From an uncultured virus (IMG/VR IMGVR_UViG_3300033144_005150) (lineage: Duplodnaviria > Heunggongvirae > Uroviricota > Caudoviricetes), in the IMG/VR virus record IMGVR_UViG_3300033144_005150: a stretch of 64,000 bases of DNA, one strand, 5' to 3'. Shown piece after piece: positions 1 through 5,615 of the stretch. Under the pieces are notes generated by a model. It was not told the origin of the DNA. It made no database searches and was given only the letters and a program-made list of their open reading frames with translations. How positions within the stretch are numbered: the first letter of the stretch is position 1; the number at the start of each line of letters is the position of its first letter. A program made the translations under genes and the position numbers.

Positions 1-426
1 GGTGGTGGTTTTCTTGGGTGCCGCCTTCTTGCGAGCGGTCGTTTTCTTCGCGGCTTTCTTCGCGGTCGTCTTCTTGGGGGCTGCCTTCTTGGGGGCTGCC
101 TTCTTGGGGGCTGCCTTCTTGCGAGACGTGGTTTTCTTGGCTGCCTTCTTCGCCGTCTTTTTCGGCGCAGCCTTCTTGCGAGCCGTCGTCTTCTTGGCGG
201 ATTTTTTCGCCTTGGGCTTCGCGGTTGCTTTCTTCTTCGGTGTGGTCTTGGCCACCTTGGTCTTGTTCACCTTCTTGCGGGCCGTGGTCTTCTTCGCCGT
301 CTTCTTGGCCTTGGGCTTGGCTTTCGCTTTTGCCTTCGTGCTCGAAGAGATCTTCTTGACGCGAGGGGTGGTGGCCTTCTTGGCCTTGGATTTCGCCTTC
401 GCTTTGGTCTTTGTAGCTGTCGTCAT
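1..426 (-). CDS. Histone H1-like Lys/Ala/Thr-rich DNA-binding protein (runs off the window edge)
   Basis: ATG at 426 with GGAG upstream; reads MTTATKTKAKAKSKAKKATTPRVKK... with KKAAPKK/KKTTARKK repeats. Absent from the ORF track because no stop is in the window; the 2..517 + ORF is its antisense shadow. Confidence 0.85.
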   Translation of the reverse strand, partial: MTTATKTKAKAKSKAKKATTPRVKKISSSTKAKAKAKPKAKKTAKKTTARKKVNKTKVAKTTPKKKATAKPKAKKSAKKTTARKKAAPKKTAKKAAKKTTSRKKAAPKKAAPKKAAPKKTTAKKAAKKTTARKKAAPKKTTT

Positions 427-557
427 GTGTTTCTCCATCTGTCCGTCTGAGAGGGAGCGGCAGTGCCGCATCGTGAAAATAGTACCCGCAGAAAATCAAA
501 TCGTCTCAACGGTATGATGAGGTCAGCCATGTGTTCCTCCTTTGCAGGAGAGGACGT

Positions 558-599
558 GCCCCCTTCGGATAAGTAGTGCCATCCGGAGGGGGCTTTTTT
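558..599 (+). terminator. Intrinsic terminator-like hairpin
   Basis: GCCCCCTTCGGAT-loop-ATCCGGAGGGGGC followed by T6. Confidence 0.7.
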
Positions 600-683
600 G
601 TAGTGCTTCCACCGCTGTCCAGATCGCGTAGTATGAGGACGCGGGTTCGTACAACACGGACCCATCACACGGAGACACAACAC

Positions 684-1217
684 ATGACCGACAGTAAAAA
701 AGCATCCCAGCTTCCGGGCGATGAGCCTGAAACCACTGAGACTCAAGAAACGGTGGCCACCCTCGTGGAACGCAAGACTCCAGCACCCACCCGAATCAAA
801 GGCAACAGCGTGGTTCGTGACTCGTTGCGCAGGGCACGACAAAAAGCAGAAGAGGACTCCGAGAGCAGCGTCCAGGAGTACACCCTCGTCCGGGACGACA
901 ACCGTCCTCTCCGGTTCAACGGCATCCTGGTCGGCTACAACGAAGTGAACATCGAAGAGGATCCTCGTGGGACCCAGGTCCAGATCTTCGTCACAGGCTC
1001 ACGGAAGATCATCACCGCGGTTTACCAGTGGCAGCGCAAAGAAGGGCTCGAGCGTGAACGGCACAAAGCCAAAGTTCACGAAAACCCGGAGGCGGCTGTG
1101 GAGTTCCTCGAAGAGGACGGTGGTGGAAAGCTCGGTCGGGCTTCACGGGAAGCCTGGGACATGGCCTGCCAGGTCGAACCCTCTCTCAAGGGTCACGACG
1201 TGGAAGTGATCGACTAG
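684..1217 (+). CDS. Hypothetical protein
   Basis: ATG at 684 after GGAGA; codon style matches neighbouring genes. Confidence 0.7.
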   Translation: MTDSKKASQLPGDEPETTETQETVATLVERKTPAPTRIKGNSVVRDSLRRARQKAEEDSESSVQEYTLVRDDNRPLRFNGILVGYNEVNIEEDPRGTQVQIFVTGSRKIITAVYQWQRKEGLERERHKAKVHENPEAAVEFLEEDGGGKLGRASREAWDMACQVEPSLKGHDVEVID

Positions 1218-1259
1218 GATCTCGGTGTCTTCTCTATCGGTCTCCGTAAGGTAAGACCG

Positions 1260-1571
1260 ATGGCGAAACCTATCCCGATCCCGCAGCTTCTTCTTTTCAC
1301 GCTGCCCGCAGTTTTGACGACTGTGATCTTGGCCCTGACCCCTCTTGGGTGGGACCTCCACACGCAGCTTGAAAATTCACGAGCCGAAGTCTTCGAGCTT
1401 CGTGAAGTTCTGCACACACAAGTGACCTGCACTCCGGTGCAAGTCACTTGTGTGTGTCCCGAGTACGACCAAGGCTGGGACGATGCCGAGTTTGCCGAAG
1501 GGATCGCCATCGAAGACCTCGAACTGATCTGCGCCGAGCTCAACGAGTTCGGGTACCTCCCTCGCTGCTGA
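1260..1571 (+). CDS. Hypothetical protein with N-terminal membrane/signal segment
   Basis: Hydrophobic LLLFTLPAVLTTVILAL segment, then an acidic Cys-containing C-terminus. Confidence 0.6.
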   Translation: MAKPIPIPQLLLFTLPAVLTTVILALTPLGWDLHTQLENSRAEVFELREVLHTQVTCTPVQVTCVCPEYDQGWDDAEFAEGIAIEDLELICAELNEFGYLPRC

Positions 1572-1576
1572 CCTCT

Positions 1577-1686
1577 GCGCTGGGCGTGTGGTACGCGCAG
1601 AGGAACTCGAAGCGGTAACGTTAGAGCGGGGATCTGCTTTGCCCCGGCCATTCTCTCTGTTCCAGGTTCGACTCCTGGCTGGTGCG
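1577..1686 (+). ncRNA. tRNA-like RNA with anticodon loop replaced by a two-hairpin junction
   Basis: Acceptor GCGCTGG/CTGGTGC, D-like GCGT/ACGC, stem CAGAG/CTCTG, T arm CCAGG-TTCGACT-CCTGG; about 50-nt structured insert; T run follows. Confidence 0.6.
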
Positions 1687-1730
1687 CTTTTTCTAAACTC
1701 AGGTCTTCGTCAGAAAAATGAAGAATTCGT

Positions 1731-1759
1731 TTGACTTCGCGTCTGAGCCCCGGTAAGCC
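1731..1759 (+). promoter_or_regulatory. Sigma70-like promoter upstream of leader peptide 1 and the tRNA array
   Basis: TTGACT-N17-TAAGCC; the TTGACTTC motif recurs at 8920 and 41074-41081(-). Confidence 0.55.
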
Positions 1760-1780
1760 TTTTGAACTGAGGTAGTCACC

Positions 1781-1927
1781 ATGACCAACGTCCAGAACAT
1801 CAACTGTCGAGTCTTCCAGTCCGTCGCCGCAGATCCTTCTGCAGCCGCCGCGGCAGGATCGTGCTCCGGTTCGTGCTCAGGATGGCGAGGTATGGAGCCC
1901 AGTAGTTACGTCTCCAGACGTGTCTAG
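1781..1927 (+). CDS. Putative leader peptide 1 (48 aa) for the tRNA array
   Basis: GAGGT SD then ATG; MTNVQNINCRVFQSVAADPSAAAAAGSCSGSCSGWRGMEPSSYVSRRV*; run of 18 Ser/Ala/Gly/Cys/Trp/Arg codons. Confidence 0.65.
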   Translation: MTNVQNINCRVFQSVAADPSAAAAAGSCSGSCSGWRGMEPSSYVSRRV

Positions 1928-1966
1928 TCCCCTTCGGGTGTACTAGACAACCCCGGAGGGCTCTAC

Positions 1967-2041
1967 GCCCCCGAGGCCGACTGGAGAGGCAAGAGACTTC
2001 TAATCTCGAGGTGGCAGGTTCGATTCCTGTCGGGGGTGCCA
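1967..2041 (+). tRNA. tRNA-Arg(TCT)
   Basis: Cloverleaf, anticodon loop CT-TCT-AA, encoded CCA. Confidence 0.9.
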
Positions 2042-2088
2042 AAGTCTACAACTACTGGGCGAGACCGAAGACAACGGCTCGCCAATTT

Positions 2089-2179
2089 GGAGTCGTGTCC
2101 GAGCGGTCTATGGTGCTCGGTTGCTAACCGAGTGTGGGTTCATAGCTCACCCAGGGTTCGAATCCCTGCGACTCCGCCA
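2089..2179 (+). tRNA. tRNA-Ser(GCT)
   Basis: Long variable arm, CTCGG-TT-GCT-AA-CCGAG, GCCA end. Confidence 0.95.
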
Positions 2180-2187
2180 AACAACAT

Positions 2188-2275
2188 GGAACCGTGTCCG
2201 AGAGGCTTATGGTGCTCGCTTGGAAAGCGAGTGTGGGTAAAACCACCGAAGGTTCGAATCCTTTCGGTTCCGCCA
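2188..2275 (+). tRNA. tRNA-Ser(GGA)
   Basis: Long variable arm, CTCGC-TT-GGA-AA-GCGAG, GCCA end. Confidence 0.95.
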
Positions 2276-2278
2276 AAT

Positions 2279-2369
2279 GGAAGGCCAAGCAGATGGCTGG
2301 CGACTGCACCTGGTTTGAACCCAGACGAAGTGAAAGCTCTTTGGGGTTCGATCCCCCAGCCTTCCGCCA
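2279..2369 (+). tRNA. tRNA-Ser(TGA), atypical D arm
   Basis: Acceptor GGAAGGC/GCCTTCC, loop TT-TGA-AC, long variable arm, GCCA end. Confidence 0.85.
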
Positions 2370-2419
2370 ACAACTTTTCACCCAGGAGACTCAACAAGAA
2401 CGACGACGAACAACAACTT

Positions 2420-2509
2420 GGAAGATTGGCCGAGTCTGGCTTAAGGCACCTGTTTCGAAAACAGACGTGGGTAAAACCACCAGGGGTTCGAATCCCTTAT
2501 CTTCCACCA
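2420..2509 (+). tRNA. tRNA-Ser(CGA)
   Basis: Loop TT-CGA-AA, long variable arm, ACCA end. Confidence 0.9.
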
Positions 2510-2510
2510 T

Positions 2511-2585
2511 GCGGATGTAGCTCAGGGGTAGAGCGCAACCTTGCCAAGGTTGAAGTCGTGAGTTCGAATCTCATTATCCGCTCCA
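2511..2585 (+). tRNA. tRNA-Gly(GCC)
   Basis: Canonical cloverleaf, TCCA end. Confidence 0.95.
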
Positions 2586-2587
2586 AT

Positions 2588-2663
2588 GCGTGTGTAGCTC
2601 AGTCGGTAGAGCGCTAGCTTCCCAAGCTCGAGGCCGCGAGTTCGATTCTCGCCACATGCTCCA
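2588..2663 (+). tRNA. tRNA-Gly(CCC)
   Basis: Loop TT-CCC-AA, TCCA end. Confidence 0.92.
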
Positions 2664-2678
2664 AAAAGGAACGAAACC

Positions 2679-2960
2679 ATGATCACCATCACCAAAATGA
2701 TCGAGACTTGCGGCGGCTGCCCCTCTCAATGGGACGGCTGGGATGAGGGTGGTGCGTACTTCTACTTCCGCTTCCGACACGGCTACCTCCGGGTAGATGC
2801 TCATGATCCCGATGGCCGGCCCTACACGATCCTCGGCAAAGAAGTCGGCGACAGCATGGACGGCATCATGGGCTACGAAGCCCTCAAGTTTCACCTCGAA
2901 GGCGTCCTGGAACTCCCAGACACCGAATCCCTTCCCGACCAGGACGAGCAAGCATCATGA
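2679..2960 (+). CDS. Hypothetical phage protein (CxxCPSQW...YFRFRHG)
   Basis: AAGGA SD; ATGA overlap with the next ORF. Confidence 0.7.
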   Translation: MITITKMIETCGGCPSQWDGWDEGGAYFYFRFRHGYLRVDAHDPDGRPYTILGKEVGDSMDGIMGYEALKFHLEGVLELPDTESLPDQDEQAS

Positions 2961-3166
2961 GCAAGAAAACCATCACCACCTGGGCCCAGTGCAAGTTTCA
3001 GCGTCTCGACACGGATGCCCACATCGAGACGGTAGCCAACATCGACGCGACACACGCCAAGGTGGGACGGCGCATGACTTTCAAGGGCGTCGAAGGGATC
3101 TGGCAAATCAAACAAGCGGGGCAACCCCGCGAACGTCCCAACTTCGGTTGGGGAGGGATGGACTAA
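2957..3166 (+). CDS. Hypothetical protein
   Basis: Start coupled to the preceding stop. Confidence 0.6.
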   Translation: MSKKTITTWAQCKFQRLDTDAHIETVANIDATHAKVGRRMTFKGVEGIWQIKQAGQPRERPNFGWGGMD

Positions 3167-3220
3167 ACCAATGGGGGCAAGAAACTAAGCAAGAACTTCG
3201 AGAAAGTCCGCTCGGTCGGG

Positions 3221-3598
3221 GTGACGCCCGAAGGCAAACAAGTCATCGGGGGAATTTTCCCCATGGTGAGCTCCGAGGGAATCCTCCTCGAAATCATCGT
3301 CCAGGAAATAGACTCCAAGAACTACGTCGTTGACTGGTTCGGGTTCTGGACAGACTCCGTGGAAAACGGTTGGAACCCGCGATCCACACGAACCAAGATT
3401 CTCAATTGCATAGGAGAGCAGTTCGGACCCGTGGTCCGAGAGCAACACGAGAAGCTGCTCGATCTCCTCTACAAAATCGAGATGACCAAGAAGGATGAAG
3501 ACGATTCCAAGATGAGAGAGCTGCTGCTCGAACACCGAAAACTGGAGCAGAAGGAACAGCGAAAACGATTTCTCAACACACTACACAAGCGTGCGTAA
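3221..3598 (+). CDS. Hypothetical protein
   Basis: ORF track; start uncertain; stop lies inside tRNA-Gly(TCC). Confidence 0.5.
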   Translation: MTPEGKQVIGGIFPMVSSEGILLEIIVQEIDSKNYVVDWFGFWTDSVENGWNPRSTRTKILNCIGEQFGPVVREQHEKLLDLLYKIEMTKKDEDDSKMRELLLEHRKLEQKEQRKRFLNTLHKRA

Positions 3599-3665
3599 CT
3601 CAGTGGTTTAGAGTGTCTGCCTTCCAAGCAGAGGGTCGAGGGTTCGAATCCCTCCGCGCGCTCCA
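3589..3665 (+). tRNA. tRNA-Gly(TCC)
   Basis: TCTGC-CT-TCC-AA-GCAGA, TCCA end. Confidence 0.93.
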
Positions 3666-3666
3666 T

Positions 3667-3819
3667 GTTTTCGTAGTTCAATGCCAGAACAGCCGGATAA
3701 CGCCTCCTTCGCGGAGGGGTGCTCGGGCGGAACAGGGCCGGTCATATCCGCGGATAAAATGACCGGTCACTACCGCTGCAAACGAGTGGCAAATGCGGGT
3801 TGGATTCCCGCCGAGAACA
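3667..3819 (+). ncRNA. tRNA-like RNA with an approximately 95-nt structured domain in place of the anticodon loop
   Basis: Acceptor GTTTTCG/CGAGAAC, D arm GTTC/GAAC, stem GCC/GGC, T arm GCGGG-TTGGATT-CCCGC; insert has nested helices. Confidence 0.65.
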
Positions 3820-3825
3820 ACTTTA

Positions 3826-3905
3826 GGGGTACGGGACTGCAAGGGGTGGTCGCTTGATTTGCACTCAGGAAATACAGCAGGGTTCGATTCCCTGGTACTC
3901 CACCA
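3826..3905 (+). tRNA. tRNA-Ala(TGC), atypical
   Basis: G3:U70 pair, loop TT-TGC-AC, ACCA end; non-standard D and variable regions. Confidence 0.8.
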
Positions 3906-3928
3906 AAACGAAACGAAACGAAACGAAC

Positions 3929-4213
3929 ATGGCCAAAGCAATCGAAATCGACGGGGTCCTCTACCGGAAGCGGAGAGGGAAACTCGTGAAGATCCCTGAC
4001 GAGTGGGTGGGCAAAACTGTGGGTCGTCATGCCAAAAGCAAACGGCACTCCAAGACGAAGGCCAAGCGCATCTACACCGGCATCAACCGAGCGAAAGAGC
4101 ACGACCAGCTCCGACACGACGAAGATCCAAACCCGGCCGAGTCCAAACAGTTCGGTCGCTGGCACTACTGCTCGGGTCGCACCGACCAGTACCGAGACAA
4201 GCACAAGTCATGA
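3929..4213 (+). CDS. Small basic hypothetical protein
   Basis: MAKAIEIDGVLYRKRRGK...; preceded by (AAACG)n spacer. Confidence 0.6.
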   Translation: MAKAIEIDGVLYRKRRGKLVKIPDEWVGKTVGRHAKSKRHSKTKAKRIYTGINRAKEHDQLRHDEDPNPAESKQFGRWHYCSGRTDQYRDKHKS

Positions 4214-4404
4214 GTCAGAAGATCAACTACCGTCGAGATGCGAAGCGCCATCAGGACAACGGACCCACCTACGAAGGTGGCCCTCCGAACTCCGGCTGCA
4301 ACTCGACACACGTCGCCCGATCTCGTCGGGGCTGGCGGAACATCCGGCGTCGAAAGGAACGGCGCCAAGAGCAACAAGAGATCAAGCAGCAAATGGGACA
4401 TTAG
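4210..4404 (+). CDS. Small Arg-rich hypothetical protein
   Basis: MSQKINYRRDAKRH...; ATGA overlap; stop inside tRNA-Ala. Confidence 0.55.
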   Translation: MSQKINYRRDAKRHQDNGPTYEGGPPNSGCNSTHVARSRRGWRNIRRRKERRQEQQEIKQQMGH

Positions 4405-4470
4405 CTCAGTTGGGAGAGCGCCTGCCTTGCAAGCAGGAAGTCGTCGGTTCGATTCCGACATGTTCCACCA
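4395..4470 (+). tRNA. tRNA-Ala(TGC)
   Basis: Canonical cloverleaf, G3:U70, ACCA end. Confidence 0.95.
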
Positions 4471-4594
4471 GCCATGTACGAGAACGAAAACGAAGTATGG
4501 CTTAGCCTCGATTGGGGGGCGCTCGGACGCCTCGGGGTCTATGTAGATCCTTGGCCGATGGGAGCCATCCCACCAAACGACGGAAGATACGAAG

Positions 4595-4969
4595 ATGGAA
4601 ATTTCACGAACACAACTAATCGATCACCTGGGCAGCATGACTGTCATGGAGATGTGCGACCTGACCCGAGACCTTGAGGAGACCTGGGGAGTCTCGGCAA
4701 CGCCGCAGATCACCCAGACCACGGGAGCTCCGACAGGGGAGCCCGCTCCTGAGCAGACCGAGTTCGACGTGATCCTCGAAAGTTTCGGGGAGAAGAAGAT
4801 CCCCGTCATCAAGACGCTCCGTGCGGAGATGCCGGGACTCGGTCTCAAGGAGGCCAAGTTCCTGGTGGAACAAGCACCTGCACCGATCAAGGAAGATGTC
4901 TCAAAGGAAGAGGCTGAAAATCTCAAGGCCGAGCTCGAGAAGGCGGGCGCGACGGTCACGATCAAGTAA
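4595..4969 (+). CDS. rplL: 50S ribosomal protein L7/L12 (bL12), full length
   Basis: N-domain ...[22 protein letters not shown]-domain EQTEFDVIL...KIPVIK...GLGLKEAK...[11 protein letters not shown]. Confidence 0.95.
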   Translation: MEISRTQLIDHLGSMTVMEMCDLTRDLEETWGVSATPQITQTTGAPTGEPAPEQTEFDVILESFGEKKIPVIKTLRAEMPGLGLKEAKFLVEQAPAPIKEDVSKEEAENLKAELEKAGATVTIK

Positions 4970-5001
4970 CGTACAAGCCCCCGATCTTCGCGGGGGCACA
5001 T

Positions 5002-5077
5002 GGGGTGGTAGCTCAGATGGGAGAGCATCGCACTGGCAGTGCGAAGGTCAAGGGTTCGATCCCCTTTCACTCCACCA
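5002..5077 (+). tRNA. tRNA-Ala(GGC)
   Basis: TCGCA-CT-GGC-AG-TGCGA, G3:U70, ACCA end. Confidence 0.95.
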
Positions 5078-5225
5078 GTTTTTTCACTCGCCACAGGAAT
5101 GGTCTTGTGGCATCATGGGTCCTGAGAGAGACCAGCAAATCACTCTCACGGGTCTGAAGCCCGGTAAGAGCCGCAGCCATTTCGGAGCGGTACGGGTAGG
5201 CGAAAGCCAAGGAGAGAGACGCAAG

Positions 5226-5291
5226 ATGGAACACATTCAAGTAAACAAGAACTTCTGGTGTAGCTGGTATCCCACGGGGGAAACCGGGTAA
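5226..5291 (+). CDS. Putative Trp/Cys attenuator leader peptide (21 aa)
   Basis: AAGGAGAG upstream; MEHIQVNKNFWCSWYPTGETG*; TGG-TGT-AGC-TGG at 5256-5267. Confidence 0.75.
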   Translation: MEHIQVNKNFWCSWYPTGETG

Positions 5292-5315
5292 GCACAGCCG
5301 CATCTTGCGCTGTAA

Positions 5316-5345
5316 GCCGCCCGGTCTCTGGACCCGGCGGCTTTT
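5316..5345 (+). terminator. Attenuator terminator upstream of tRNA-Trp/Cys/Trp and trpS
   Basis: GCCGCCCGGTC-TCTG-GACCCGGCGGC-TTTT; its 5' arm can alternatively pair with ACCGGGT at 5283-5289. Confidence 0.75.
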
Positions 5346-5353
5346 CTCGTTCT

Positions 5354-5428
5354 GGGGTATTAGCTCAGCTTGGTAGAGCGGTGGTCTCCAAAACCGCGAC
5401 AGCGGGGGTTCAAATCCCTCATGCCCTA
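5354..5428 (+). tRNA. tRNA-Trp(CCA), G1:U72/A73, no encoded CCA
   Basis: GTGGT-CT-CCA-AA-ACCGC anticodon arm. Confidence 0.85.
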
Positions 5429-5434
5429 CAACAT

Positions 5435-5510
5435 GGCTCGATGGCCGAGTGGCTTTAGGCACCGGATTGCAACCCCGGTTAGATCAGTTCGATTCTGATT
5501 CGAGCCTCCA
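5435..5510 (+). tRNA. tRNA-Cys(GCA)
   Basis: Loop TT-GCA-AC, U73, CCA end. Confidence 0.92.
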
Positions 5511-5523
5511 ATTTCAACTTCAT

Positions 5524-5594
5524 AGGTCGCGGTCTGGGACCGGGCGAGACTCCAAATTTTGCCTAGCAGGGTTCGATCCCCTGGTGGCCTGCCA
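5524..5594 (+). tRNA. tRNA-Trp(CCA), short with miniature D arm
   Basis: A1:U72, G73-CCA, GGTC-TGG-GACC D arm, loop CT-CCA-AA. Confidence 0.75.
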
Positions 5595-5615
5595 ACCAAC
5601 GAAAGGACGGACAAC

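Noticed and set aside
2..517. Hydrophobic 171-aa plus-strand ORF
   Set aside because: Antisense shadow of the Lys/Ala-rich H1-like gene, which has a proper SD and ATG.
1577..1686. tmRNA
   Set aside because: Far too short, with no tag ORF or pseudoknot region.
2279..2369. Selenocysteine or opal suppressor tRNA
   Set aside because: The anticodon is TGA (reads UCA, Ser), not TCA; the acceptor stem is 7 bp.
2036..2617. ORFs spanning the tRNA genes
   Set aside because: Translations of tRNA sequence.
5135..5228. c-di-GMP-I riboswitch or T-box (GCAAA...GACGCAA)
   Set aside because: The remaining consensus elements are absent; the leader-peptide attenuator explains the region better.
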